From Candidatus Omnitrophota bacterium (GTDB taxonomy: Bacteria; Omnitrophota; Gorgyraeia; Duberdicusellales; 4484-171), in assembly GCA_016935525.1 (NCBI GenBank), contig JAFGQU010000004.1:131774-195773 (forward strand): a stretch of 64,000 nt of DNA, given 5' to 3'. The position numbers and the translations under genes were made by a program. Below, in pieces: positions 10,147 through 20,319 of the stretch (position 1 is the stretch's first letter; the number at the start of each line of letters is the position of its first letter). A model generated the notes under the pieces. That model was given only the letters and a program-made list of their open reading frames with translations. It did not search any database and was not told the DNA's origin.

Positions 10147-11448
10147 TTACTCCCGTATTTGTCCTTCGCCGTAGGCGATCCATTTATACGTGGTCAGTTC
10201 TTCCAGGCCCATCGGACCGCGGGCATGAAGCTTATCGGTAGAAATGCCGATTTCGGCGCCTAACCCGAACTCATATCCGTCGCTGAATCGCGTAGAAATA
10301 TTCACGAAACAACAGGCCGAGTCTACTTCCCGGATGAATTTCCGGGCATTCATATCGTTTCTGGTGAGGATACTATCGGTATGCCGCGAGCCGTAGGTAT
10401 TGATATGAAGAACCGCTTCATCGACATCTTTGACGATCTTGATCGCAACGATAAGATCCAGATATTCTTCACTCCAATCGGCCGCACCAGCTTTTTGCGC
10501 GCCGGGAAGGATACGGCATACCTGAGGATCTCCTTTGATAATCACTTTATATTTTTCTAATTCCTTGGCCAGACGCGGCAAAAAAGTAGAAGCGATATCC
10601 CGATGGACCAAAATAGTCTCGACTGCGTTACATACCGACGGCCGCTGGACTTTTGCGTTCACGCACACCTTTAATGCCATCCGTTGCAGGGCACTTTTAT
10701 CGACAAAAATATGACAGATTCCTTTATAGTGTTTGATCACCGGGATACGCGAGTGTTCAACGACCTTACGGATCAATGTTTCGCCGCCCCGGGGAATTAC
10801 CAAGTCAATATATTCTTCCTGTGCAAGCAATCTGTCTACTACATTGCGGTCCGGCCGGTCAACGATGAAAAACACCGGATACGTTATCTTGTTCGCCTCA
10901 AGCGCCTGTTGTAACACTTTCCCTATCGCCCGGTTCGAAGAGAGCGAAGCTCCTCCTCCCCGGAGGATCCCGATATTTGAAGTCTTAAATAATAATCCGA
11001 TACAATCGCTGGTCACATTCGGCCGGGCTTCATATACGATCAACACGACCCCGAGGGGAACTCTTCTTTTCTCCAAGATCATCCCGTTAGGACGCACATT
11101 TCTCCCGATCAACTGGTTTACCGGGTCGGGGAGCCTTGCGACTTCCCGCAAAGAATCACTCATCTGTGTTACCCGTTTGACATCGAGCGCTAACCGGTCA
11201 ATGAAACTCTGTTTCAATTTATTTTCCTGGGCCGCCGCCAGATCACGCTTATTTTCTTTGAGGATATACGCTTTATGCTCGATAAGCGTTTTAGCCATAG
11301 TCCTCAACACACGGTTCTTCTGGGCAGTCGAAAGACTCACCAGAAGGAAACTCGCCTTACGCGCTTTTTGTACCAACTGGGTCACATAGTCGTTCATGAT
11401 ATTTCCGTTGCGGGTTCCCGTAAAATCAATAGTAACAGATCCCTTCAA
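10147..11448 (-). CDS. proA: Gamma-glutamyl phosphate reductase
   Basis: ALDH-fold protein with the ProA signature VCNAVETILVH. Directly downstream of proB. Confidence 0.9.
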   Translation of the reverse strand: MKGSVTIDFTGTRNGNIMNDYVTQLVQKARKASFLLVSLSTAQKNRVLRTMAKTLIEHKAYILKENKRDLAAAQENKLKQSFIDRLALDVKRVTQMSDSLREVARLPDPVNQLIGRNVRPNGMILEKRRVPLGVVLIVYEARPNVTSDCIGLLFKTSNIGILRGGGASLSSNRAIGKVLQQALEANKITYPVFFIVDRPDRNVVDRLLAQEEYIDLVIPRGGETLIRKVVEHSRIPVIKHYKGICHIFVDKSALQRMALKVCVNAKVQRPSVCNAVETILVHRDIASTFLPRLAKELEKYKVIIKGDPQVCRILPGAQKAGAADWSEEYLDLIVAIKIVKDVDEAVLHINTYGSRHTDSILTRNDMNARKFIREVDSACCFVNISTRFSDGYEFGLGAEIGISTDKLHARGPMGLEELTTYKWIAYGEGQIRE

Positions 11449-12502
11449 AACTTTTCAAAAAATTATCGCGATGGATCACCTCGTGTTCGAATTTCCGCTC
11501 TCTTCGTTCCTGCAGATCCTGGGCCGCGTAATTGACCAAACCATGCCCCAGCAAGCACCCTTGGGTATCGACCACATGAACCGTATCCCCTTTCACGAAC
11601 GCCCCTTCAACTTTACAAATACCTACAACCAACAGACTCTTTCCTTTATTAAGCAGGGCGTCGGCCGCTCCTTCATCGATACATAGCTTCCCTTTTACTT
11701 TTTTATTATAGGCAAACCAGCGTTTCCGGGCTTTCGCTTTTTCCTGTGATAACGGTAAAAACACGGTACCGATTTCTTTGCCGGCAACGATCGCAGAAAG
11801 CACATTTTTCCTGCGGCCGCAGGCGATGACCGTCCTTACGCCTAACGATATGGCGATCCCGGCAGCTTTCAGTTTGGTCACCATCCCCCCTACGGTATGT
11901 ACTTTTTTATCCTGTTTGACCAACGTCTTTATTTTTTCGTCAAGCCGGGACACTTCTCTTACGACGACATCGCCGTCCATCAATCCCTCCACATCGGAAA
12001 GTATGATCAATTGTTCGGCTTCGACCAGATTAGCGACCAAGGCCGAGAGATGGTCGTTATCGCCGAACCGGATCTCTTTATAGGAGATCGCGTCATTCTC
12101 ATTGATCACCGGGATCACTTTCATCGCCAGCAGTGTATCGACGGTCTTCCCGATATTAATGAACCGTTCACGTTCATCGAAATCTTCCCAGGTGAGCAGG
12201 ATCTGGGCACAGGCCCGTTTATGTTTTTTACATTTTTCGTTAAATACATCCATAAGCAATATCTGCCCGATCGAGGAAAGGGCCATAAGCGAATGGGTAT
12301 CCGAGGGACGTTTCTTATATCCCATTTTATTCAGGCCGCAGGCGATCGCGCCGGAAGAGACCACGATCACTTGGTATCCTTTTTTTTCAACGTTGACGAT
12401 ATCTTTCACCAGTGACGCGACCAGCGCCGAATCGAGTCTGCCGGCGGGAGCGATGACGCTGCTGCCGATTTTTACCACGATCCGTTTAATTTTTGTCCTC
12501 AT
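11426..12502 (-). CDS. proB: Glutamate 5-kinase with a C-terminal PUA domain
   Basis: Amino-acid kinase N-terminus (IVVKIGSSVI), a PUA-like C-terminus and proB-proA gene order. Confidence 0.9.
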   Translation of the reverse strand: MRTKIKRIVVKIGSSVIAPAGRLDSALVASLVKDIVNVEKKGYQVIVVSSGAIACGLNKMGYKKRPSDTHSLMALSSIGQILLMDVFNEKCKKHKRACAQILLTWEDFDERERFINIGKTVDTLLAMKVIPVINENDAISYKEIRFGDNDHLSALVANLVEAEQLIILSDVEGLMDGDVVVREVSRLDEKIKTLVKQDKKVHTVGGMVTKLKAAGIAISLGVRTVIACGRRKNVLSAIVAGKEIGTVFLPLSQEKAKARKRWFAYNKKVKGKLCIDEGAADALLNKGKSLLVVGICKVEGAFVKGDTVHVVDTQGCLLGHGLVNYAAQDLQERRERKFEHEVIHRDNFLKSFEGICYY

Positions 12503-13400
12503 ACAATTCCTTTAAGATATGAGTAATAAAAGTATCAATGGTTTCCCGGTCGGTTACCGATACCGGTAGCCACTTTTTGACTCTAAAATCTCTCTTTATT
12601 GTATCAATTTTAGAGAACAAGTAAAAAAATTTTTTCTTGAGGTATTCCGGATCGAATCGGGCAAGTTTCTCTTCGATAATACGCCGCTGGGACTGCATAT
12701 CTTCTTTATTATCGCTTACCACAACAATTATCTTACTACGGGAGAGATGTTTTAAGAATACTTCTTCCCGCAGATCATCATGAGCGGTGACCGGCGGCGT
12801 ATCGAGCACGGTAAACCGTTTGAATTTATATTCGCATACCGCCCACCGGCAATGCGATGTAGTAAACGGGTATGCCGCGACTTTATAATTCTGCCCGCTG
12901 AGCGCGTTGACCAAGGAAGTCTTTCCGGTATTGGCAAATCCGACAAAAGCGACATCATTGGGAATACGATAATCCAGGATGACTTCCTTTTCCTCGCCAG
13001 GAGAACCGCATTGGGCCTGACCGTGCTGGCAACTACCTTCTCCGCCGGGGGCGCCGTGTAAGATGAAAAACCGTTCGTCTTCTTTTAAAAGGTCGGCAAG
13101 AAGATCTTCCTGATGATCCCGGATGATCGTCCCGCAGGGGACATGCAGTAACAGAGTCTCGCCGTCTCTTCCGTGTTTACGTTGAGGACCGCCATCGCCG
13201 CCGCCGGACGCTTTATATCTTTTACTTTTACGGAACTTACTTAAATCATACAGGTTACTGTCGACGACAAACACGACATCACCGCCACGGCCTCCGTCAC
13301 CGCCGTCCGGAGTGCGGGTATGCCCGTGACGAAAAAAAGAAGCCGCTCCGTCACCGCCTTTACCGGCTCGAACAAAAACAGAGACACGATCGATAATCAC
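12486..13400 (-). CDS. obg: Obg-family GTPase, divergent
   Basis: Gly-rich Obg fold N-domain (GGDGGRGGDVVF), G1 loop GFANTGKTS and a YPFTT switch. The G3 (DTPP) and G4 (SKID) motifs are atypical. Sits immediately downstream of rplU. Confidence 0.75.
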   Translation of the reverse strand: MIIDRVSVFVRAGKGGDGAASFFRHGHTRTPDGGDGGRGGDVVFVVDSNLYDLSKFRKSKRYKASGGGDGGPQRKHGRDGETLLLHVPCGTIIRDHQEDLLADLLKEDERFFILHGAPGGEGSCQHGQAQCGSPGEEKEVILDYRIPNDVAFVGFANTGKTSLVNALSGQNYKVAAYPFTTSHCRWAVCEYKFKRFTVLDTPPVTAHDDLREEVFLKHLSRSKIIVVVSDNKEDMQSQRRIIEEKLARFDPEYLKKKFFYLFSKIDTIKRDFRVKKWLPVSVTDRETIDTFITHILKELYEDKN

Positions 13401-13402
13401 CG

Positions 13403-13714
13403 TTATTTTTTTACAGTTATTTTAGAAATCTTGAGGTAAGTATGAATCTGACGATGGCCGCGAGTTTTACGGTACTTTTTTCTTCTTTTGAATTTATAGA
13501 CGACTACTTTTTTGGCTTTTTTCTCTTCGACGAGGTCGGCTTTGATCTTTACGTTCTTTAAATACGGCTTACCGATTTGGACTGTACCCTCGGCCCCACA
13601 CAAAAGTACATCCTCAAATACAAAAGGCCCTTCCCCCTTAAGCCTTTCTACGGCAATGGTTTCGCCTTCAGATACAATATACTGTTTTTTTGCTATCTCG
13701 ACTATTGCCCACAT
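13403..13714 (-). CDS. rplU: 50S ribosomal protein L21
   Basis: MWAIVEIAKKQY...VYKFKRRKKYRKTRGHRQ, a typical L21 sequence. Confidence 0.85.
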   Translation of the reverse strand: MWAIVEIAKKQYIVSEGETIAVERLKGEGPFVFEDVLLCGAEGTVQIGKPYLKNVKIKADLVEEKKAKKVVVYKFKRRKKYRKTRGHRQIHTYLKISKITVKK

Positions 13715-13785
13715 AATTAGACAATGGTAGCATAAATCGAAATTAAGTCAAGAAATTCCTTACATAGACCGGTTTCTTCGTTTTT

Positions 13786-14508
13786 TTACCTTAATTTCAG
13801 GAAAAAACTCTTTAAACCCTCGACTTCCCGGCGGGTAAGTTGAGTCCGGGAAAAAATACGCCGGAACGTATTGGTTAAAGATTTCGCCTGAGATTGTTTT
13901 ATCCTGCGGGTAAGAAGACTTTCTTCCATAAAAGCGAACAGCGCCTGACGGTCTTTATGGGACGCGATATCGAACTTACTTAGCGTGACCGTTTTTTCTA
14001 CATACTGGGAAATCGTATAACAGACAATCCCTACGCTTGAAGCAAGATTATAGGAAGGGAATCCGGGATTTGCCGGGATATAAAAAATATCGTCGCATTT
14101 TTCGATTTCTTCCTGCGATAACCCGAAATTCTCTTTACCGAACACTATATGAACTTTACGATGAGAGGCAAGATTTACTATGGTAGGTACCATATCCTGA
14201 AAATTATATACGGTACGATATTGACGCCTGCGGCGGGTAGTCCCATAGACAAAATGGGCCGATGAAAGCGCCTGGTCTAGGGTAGGATATACCGGAGAAT
14301 TTTCCAGTATATCTCTGGCCCGTTTTGCCGTCTCGAACGATTTGGGGGCAAGCATTCCTGTGACGATAGCTAACCGGGCACAATCGATATTTTTCAAGAC
14401 GCGCGCGACCAACCCGATATTCTCGGGGATCTGCGGCGAGGCCAGCACGACAGTAAGATTTTCTTTGATCTTCTCTTTAACGAGATTCGATTTTAACACC
14501 TTTATCAA
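13786..14508 (-). CDS. SpoU/TrmH-family RNA 2'-O-methyltransferase (TrmJ-like)
   Basis: ENIGLVARVLKN SpoU motif 1 region. About 240 aa, with a SPOUT-like C-terminus. Confidence 0.6.
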   Translation of the reverse strand: MIKVLKSNLVKEKIKENLTVVLASPQIPENIGLVARVLKNIDCARLAIVTGMLAPKSFETAKRARDILENSPVYPTLDQALSSAHFVYGTTRRRRQYRTVYNFQDMVPTIVNLASHRKVHIVFGKENFGLSQEEIEKCDDIFYIPANPGFPSYNLASSVGIVCYTISQYVEKTVTLSKFDIASHKDRQALFAFMEESLLTRRIKQSQAKSLTNTFRRIFSRTQLTRREVEGLKSFFLKLR

Positions 14509-14698
14509 TCAAAAAATCAAAAAGCCGGGTAAGCTCTTCCTCCGCGGCTTCGAACCGGACGATCGCCCATCCCATTTCCGTAGAGAACGAAGCTTCCAAA
14601 ATATTCGGGACTACATCAAAATGGGTACTGATGTAATGGAAAAACGGTTCGTCTTTAAACGCGATCGGAATGGTCAATTCTACCTCTTGCGATGCCAT
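14477..14698 (-). CDS. Small hypothetical protein, possibly NIL/ACT-like
   Basis: 73-aa ORF between the radical SAM gene and the methyltransferase. It overlaps the methylase start. Weak similarity to NIL-type domains (VVPNILEA). Confidence 0.3.
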   Translation of the reverse strand: MASQEVELTIPIAFKDEPFFHYISTHFDVVPNILEASFSTEMGWAIVRFEAAEEELTRLFDFLIDKGVKIESR

Positions 14699-14780
14699 AG
14701 TCTACCTCCTCAATGAGCACAGACGATCGTTGTTTTTTTATCTGGTGATCATCAGCCTCATTTCATTCTATCAAAACCTC

Positions 14781-16055
14781 TCAAAAAGTGCGAAATATTT
14801 CTTTGGGAAGGTTGAAATAACCGATCTTTAATGCCGGAAATTTCCGGCGGACCTGGGTGATGAGTTTTTTTATCCCCCGGTAATTTCGTAGCGGCCCACA
14901 GCATGTGAAATAGACCGCCGGGTCGATATTCAGGTTACGAAACTGGACCATATCGACAGCGGTAGCTTTAAGAAAAGAAAACAGACTTTTGGCCTCGTCA
15001 TCCTGGTCGGTAAAACCGGGAAAAGCCAGCAGGTTCACCGCGACAAATTTTCCGTATTTTTTGGCAATACGGATCGAACGGATCACATCGACGAAATCAT
15101 ATCCCCGCGGTCGGAAATAACGCCGGTAATAAAAGGGACGGGTACTGTTGAGGCTTACCCGGAATGAATCAACCCCTGCCCGACAAAGCGTTTCAATAGC
15201 GCCGGGAAGGCTGGCGTTAGTGTTCATATGGAGCGTGCCACGCGAGGTAACGTTGCGTATTTTACGGACGGCTTTTTCGATCACGGAGGCCTGCATCAAA
15301 GGTTCCCCTTCACATCCCTGGCCGAAACTGACCAGAGCTTCCCGGGCAATCTTAAGGTGAGGTACGGCGACCTGAACGATTTCATCCGGCGTGGGCGTAA
15401 ACCCGATACGGTCATGAGAAGAAACACATCCGTCTTTCTGATAAGAAAGGCAGCCTATGCACCGGGCATTACAGCCGGGGGATGTCGGTAACGGCGCTTC
15501 CCAACGTTCAAAAAACAGATTCTTTGCCGCCAGGCAATTATAGTTCAACGCGCAATGGGCAAGATGCTGGATGAGCCGGTTTGAGGGATATTTTTTTAAA
15601 AACCGGCGGACTTGTCTTTTGAGTAAGCGATTATCGTAAAACCGGGGGCTCTGCCGTACACGCCGGTCGACCCGTAGCGCGGTTACATAGGTACGACCTC
15701 CGTAAGATCCGCAGGCAGTATAGGCCCATAACGGCAGTTTTTCAAATCGAGCACGTGTGTCTAAAGAAAAAGCCGGATGATAAAGCCGTAAAAACGCCGG
15801 GATAAGAAAAGCCGAAACCGCATGGACCGGCCGGCCGGCATATTCGGTAAGCACTTCAACCTTTTTTGTACGGGGATCCATCCCGACCGGGAACCTCCGG
15901 GGAAGATAAAAAAGAGTACTGCCTTCGGGTAAGGTGACCAGTTCATCGGGCGCCGGCACGATATAGGTATCACTACACTGAGCCGTCATCCGTAAAAAAG
16001 GATGAGAATAAATCGTCCCCTGATCGTCGGCAAAAAGAAGAAACGGTACGCGCAT
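14781..16055 (-). CDS. Radical SAM protein with a roughly 180-aa N-terminal extension of unknown function
   Basis: CNARCIGC (CX3CX2C) followed by an FGQGCEGEPL glycine-rich SAM motif. Confidence 0.75.
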   Translation of the reverse strand: MRVPFLLFADDQGTIYSHPFLRMTAQCSDTYIVPAPDELVTLPEGSTLFYLPRRFPVGMDPRTKKVEVLTEYAGRPVHAVSAFLIPAFLRLYHPAFSLDTRARFEKLPLWAYTACGSYGGRTYVTALRVDRRVRQSPRFYDNRLLKRQVRRFLKKYPSNRLIQHLAHCALNYNCLAAKNLFFERWEAPLPTSPGCNARCIGCLSYQKDGCVSSHDRIGFTPTPDEIVQVAVPHLKIAREALVSFGQGCEGEPLMQASVIEKAVRKIRNVTSRGTLHMNTNASLPGAIETLCRAGVDSFRVSLNSTRPFYYRRYFRPRGYDFVDVIRSIRIAKKYGKFVAVNLLAFPGFTDQDDEAKSLFSFLKATAVDMVQFRNLNIDPAVYFTCCGPLRNYRGIKKLITQVRRKFPALKIGYFNLPKEIFRTF

Positions 16056-17188
16056 CAGTGTAAAGAGAGGATCGCCGTGCCTAAGGCGAAGAAAAGAAAT
16101 GCCATTAATAATTTGATTATACCAAGATTTTTTTTCAGAAATGAATTGAACCGTACCGAACTCACTCCCAGGAAAGAAAGGATAAAAATCACCGCCAGCG
16201 GCAGGATGAACATCACATTGTAGAAAATAAGATAAAAAAAGGCTCTTACCCTCAGATGAGGCAGTTTAAGGATAAAGAATATCGTCGGCACATACACCTG
16301 CCCGGTACATACCGCCTCCAGGAGAGAGACCATGACCCCGACACTGAAAGAAATAGCCGCAAGCCATAGCATTCCTCCCTGTTTATGACGCAACTTTTCT
16401 CCGATGACCACATTGATCTTTTTCTTGATGAACGACGGCAACTGCAATAGTTGAGTTCCGGCGCTGTTCTTTTTCCGGAAAACGGCATAATCGTATATCG
16501 CCAGGCTCCCCAGCACGAAACAGACGCCGGCGACCGTATAGTAAAATATCTTTACCAGGACATAAAACCCCTGTAATGCGTAAACAAATTTAAACAACCC
16601 TAACCCCATTGCGAAATAGGTAAGAAATACCGCAAGAATGTAAAAAACACTTATAGCGAAGACTTCACGGCGGTCATAGCCGTAGACCGAAAGAAAAGAA
16701 ATAAAAAATACGATCACGGCAAACGCGCACGGATTGATCCCGTCAAGTAATCCGGCACCGATAAGGGCCGCGACCGAAAGGGTTCCGAACACCTCCTCTA
16801 CCGAAATCTCGCTCCGATGAGCGAAGGTACTGCCGCCCTCAAGCAATCCGTTCACGATAGATCCCAGACGCGCTTTTATCTGCTCTTTACCGATAAGCAG
16901 ATTATCGGCAACGACGATCGCCGGAACCATCGGTTTTTTTTCACCCAGTGTCTCGGCAATCGAGAATAACCTTTCCAGATTCTCTTTTTGATAGATGCTT
17001 AATTCGGTGAATACGACATCATTCTTATATTTTTCCTTAAATTCCGGAAGGAATTCCTGTTTAAGCGAAAGGCACACGCCGCAGGTATCGGAATAAAAAT
17101 AAAGTATCTCTACTTTCTGGCCATAAGCCAGGCAGGAAAAAGCCGTAAGAAATAAAAAAATCGCAAAAATAATCCGGCGCATAGACAT
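16055..17188 (-). CDS. Thioredoxin-like domain fused to a CcdA/DsbD-type transmembrane thiol-disulfide transporter
   Basis: Signal peptide and a CGVC thioredoxin-fold motif at the N-terminus. Polytopic C-terminus carrying a GINPC motif typical of CcdA/DsbD. Confidence 0.7.
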   Translation of the reverse strand: MSMRRIIFAIFLFLTAFSCLAYGQKVEILYFYSDTCGVCLSLKQEFLPEFKEKYKNDVVFTELSIYQKENLERLFSIAETLGEKKPMVPAIVVADNLLIGKEQIKARLGSIVNGLLEGGSTFAHRSEISVEEVFGTLSVAALIGAGLLDGINPCAFAVIVFFISFLSVYGYDRREVFAISVFYILAVFLTYFAMGLGLFKFVYALQGFYVLVKIFYYTVAGVCFVLGSLAIYDYAVFRKKNSAGTQLLQLPSFIKKKINVVIGEKLRHKQGGMLWLAAISFSVGVMVSLLEAVCTGQVYVPTIFFILKLPHLRVRAFFYLIFYNVMFILPLAVIFILSFLGVSSVRFNSFLKKNLGIIKLLMAFLFFALGTAILSLH

Positions 17189-17191
17189 CGC

Positions 17192-17572
17192 TCAACGGGC
17201 AGGCGTGACCCCGTTCTGTTTCAAGACCTCAATAATATTTTCTTCCAATGTATCGTAAATCTCTTTTTTTCCCATAAGGAAATGCTCACTGATAAGGATC
17301 GCCGGGATATAGGAGTTTCCCCGGTCAAACCGTTCGGTAAGTCCGCGCAGCCTGGCTAGATTCTCAGCCTGGTCGCTGTCATATTCAGCCAGCACTATAT
17401 ACTCTTTATATTTTTCTAAGAGTGCCGGAAGGAAATCAGCCATCACCTCATGACAGGCATGACAGTGCGGCGAATAGAATAATGTCAATTCGATTGGCGC
17501 GGGCATCTCCTGCCGGCAGCCGGATAACACTACGCTCGCCAGTAAAATAATAAGGTAAAGTGTATATCTCAT
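17192..17572 (-). CDS. Thioredoxin-like lipoprotein
   Basis: Lipobox LSGC and a CHAC redox motif. Paralogous to the N-terminal domain of the next gene. Confidence 0.6.
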   Translation of the reverse strand: MRYTLYLIILLASVVLSGCRQEMPAPIELTLFYSPHCHACHEVMADFLPALLEKYKEYIVLAEYDSDQAENLARLRGLTERFDRGNSYIPAILISEHFLMGKKEIYDTLEENIIEVLKQNGVTPAR

Positions 17573-17638
17573 ATACTATCTTCTATTATAAGAAAAAACA
17601 GGTGAAAAATAAAGAATATGCTATAAAATAGTTCTAGT

Positions 17639-20317
17639 ATGCCGAACCGAAAAAAATCTCAATATTACCGGTTTATCGATTCCGCCGGCACGTTTCAGAT
17701 CGATAATCCCTACCAATACTCGTACTGTTATTTTCCGCTCACCAATCAATACGGCACTATGTTGAGCGCGATCAGCCCGTATCTTTCCGGCGACATAAAA
17801 CAGGATAACGACCATTTTCTCACGTTACCGACATCTATCGAAGATATCCCGCATAACCTGCTCTGCCGGCGGGATTTTTTCATCAAAATGGCCGATACAC
17901 ATAATGAAGTATACCGTCTCAGCGAACCGTTAAGCGATAAAGACTATCTGCAGGCCGGGCTGCTCTACCATACACTTGTCAAACAAAACCGGTCGCTTCG
18001 GGTCGAAATAGTAAATTTTGTACCGCATGAACTTAACGCCGAAGTCATGTCGATAAAAATAAAGAATATAAGTAAAAAGCCGGTGACGCTGGAATGTACT
18101 TCCTGTATCCCCCTCTACGGCCGGGGAGAAAAAAATGTACGGGACCACCGTCACGTATCCAGCTTATTGAACCGTATCGACCTGGCCGCGTACGGAATAA
18201 TCCTTACCCCGACGATGGTCTTTGACGAAGGAGGCCATCAAAAAAATGAGACCTGCTATTATGTGTACGGATTCGGGAACAACAGATCAAAGCCGCAAGG
18301 GTTCTTCCCGACACTTTCCGGTTTCTGCGGCGAAGGGAACTCGCTGATCAAGCCGGATGCGATATTCAAGAAGACCAAACCGTCATTAAAACCTGAGGAC
18401 CGGTTCAACGGAAAAGAAGCCTGCGCCGGCATCCGGTTTTCTCCGGTAACCCTTGCTCCCAAAAAAGAAGCCGAATTCGCCCTGGTGATGGGAATCGCGC
18501 CGGATCGGTACGATATCGCCAAGACCTGGCGGAAACTCGATTCTCCGCGGAAGATCTCCCGCGCGCTGGATGCGACGAAAAAATTCTGGCTTACTCAAGA
18601 TGATTCTCTCACTTTTGATTTCGGCGATCCCGTATATAATAACTGGCTACGCTGGATAAAATTACAGCCGACATTAAGGAAACTTTTCGGCTGTTCTTTC
18701 CTGCCTCATTTCGATTACGGAAAAGGCGGCCGGGGATTTCGTGACCTCTGGCAAGATATCTTAAGTCTTATTCTCAAAGACGAGAGCGGTATCGAAGGCC
18801 TTATTCTGGACAATTTTAAAAGCATACGTATCGACGGTTCCAACGCGACTATCATCACCCAAGACGGCCGGTTCCTTCCCGACCGCAACAAGATCTCCCG
18901 GGTATGGACCGACCACGGAATCTGGCCGATCCTTTCTACCTGTCTTTTCCTAAACCGTAGCGGGAAAATCGAACTTTTACTCAAAAAAACGTCTTATTTC
19001 CGCGACAGTCAGCTGAACCGGTCACGTCAGACCGACTGCGAGTTCGATCAAACAGAACCGGTTTTGATGACCACAGGGAACCGTGTGTATCAAGGGACGG
19101 TTATCGAACATCTGCTTATCGAAAACCTGACCCAATTTTTCAATGTCGGAGCTCATAACATCCTGCGTCTGGAAAACGGCGACTGGAACGACGGCCTGGA
19201 TATGGCGCCCGATAAAGGAGAATGTGTCCCGTTTTATTGTATGTATGCTCATAACTTGCTGTTATTATGCGGGTTCCTGGAGAAACTAAAAGTAAAAACC
19301 GAGAAGATCTCTTTACTCAAAGAGATCGCGCCGCTCTTAGACCGGACATTTCACGGTACACGCGTCGATTATAAAAATGCCGCGGCTAAAAAGAGAATAC
19401 TCGATGACTATATGGAAAAGACAAACCGTCGCGTCAGCGGGGAACAAATACATATTCCGATCGACCGGATATTGGAAGATCTGAACGCAAAAGCAGAGTG
19501 GATCATAAAATCGCTGAGAAAAAAAGAGTGGCTTAAAGACGGTTTTTTTAACGGATACTACGATAACAAAGGGGCCCGGGTCGAAGGTACCGCAAAAAAA
19601 CAGACCCGAATGCTTCTTCAATCGCAGGTATTCCCGATCATGGCCGGCGTGGCGACCGACATGCAGATCGCGACGCTCTGGGATTCGATCAACCGTCACC
19701 TTAAAGACAAAGAGTTCGGCGGATACAGATTGAACACCGATTTTCAGGATATCTATCCAGAGCTTGGCCGCGCCTTCGGATTCTCCTATGGCGATAAAGA
19801 GAACGGCGCATTTTTCAATCATATGGTGGTTTTGTTGAGTTACGCGTTTTATCGAAGGAACTTCATTACTGCCGCCGATAAAGTGTTCTCTTCGCTCTAT
19901 GAAATGGCGAGAAACCCACAGGCGGCTATGTATCCGCAGTTACCCGAATATTTTAACCGTCAGGGCCGCGGACTTTACTGGTATCTTACCGGTTCGGCCA
20001 GCTGGTATATCTACACGCTTTTTGAACAGATACTGGGAATCGGCTATCAGGAGGGGAACCTCGTTATCCGCCCGCAATTGACCGCTCACAACTTTTCTGA
20101 ACACAACGATACCATAAAAATCAAATTCCGGTTACACGGACGCACCATCCATATCGAATATAAAAAAAGCGGGCATCGCACTATTTACGCGTTAGGCCGT
20201 ATCGTATGCGCCGGGAAACCGGTAAAATTAAAAGCGGGGATGTATTCGATTAAAAAAGAGACGATCCTGGCGGTGCCACCCGGTAAAGGACTCGATATTA
20301 CCGTAGAGCTAAAATAA
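17639..20317 (+). CDS. Large (alpha/alpha)6-barrel glycoside hydrolase/phosphorylase, GH94-like
   Basis: 892 aa. Its LENGDWNDGLDMA motif resembles the catalytic GDWND region of GH94 phosphorylases. No signal peptide. Confidence 0.5.
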   Translation: MPNRKKSQYYRFIDSAGTFQIDNPYQYSYCYFPLTNQYGTMLSAISPYLSGDIKQDNDHFLTLPTSIEDIPHNLLCRRDFFIKMADTHNEVYRLSEPLSDKDYLQAGLLYHTLVKQNRSLRVEIVNFVPHELNAEVMSIKIKNISKKPVTLECTSCIPLYGRGEKNVRDHRHVSSLLNRIDLAAYGIILTPTMVFDEGGHQKNETCYYVYGFGNNRSKPQGFFPTLSGFCGEGNSLIKPDAIFKKTKPSLKPEDRFNGKEACAGIRFSPVTLAPKKEAEFALVMGIAPDRYDIAKTWRKLDSPRKISRALDATKKFWLTQDDSLTFDFGDPVYNNWLRWIKLQPTLRKLFGCSFLPHFDYGKGGRGFRDLWQDILSLILKDESGIEGLILDNFKSIRIDGSNATIITQDGRFLPDRNKISRVWTDHGIWPILSTCLFLNRSGKIELLLKKTSYFRDSQLNRSRQTDCEFDQTEPVLMTTGNRVYQGTVIEHLLIENLTQFFNVGAHNILRLENGDWNDGLDMAPDKGECVPFYCMYAHNLLLLCGFLEKLKVKTEKISLLKEIAPLLDRTFHGTRVDYKNAAAKKRILDDYMEKTNRRVSGEQIHIPIDRILEDLNAKAEWIIKSLRKKEWLKDGFFNGYYDNKGARVEGTAKKQTRMLLQSQVFPIMAGVATDMQIATLWDSINRHLKDKEFGGYRLNTDFQDIYPELGRAFGFSYGDKENGAFFNHMVVLLSYAFYRRNFITAADKVFSSLYEMARNPQAAMYPQLPEYFNRQGRGLYWYLTGSASWYIYTLFEQILGIGYQEGNLVIRPQLTAHNFSEHNDTIKIKFRLHGRTIHIEYKKSGHRTIYALGRIVCAGKPVKLKAGMYSIKKETILAVPPGKGLDITVELK

Positions 20318-20319
20318 TC

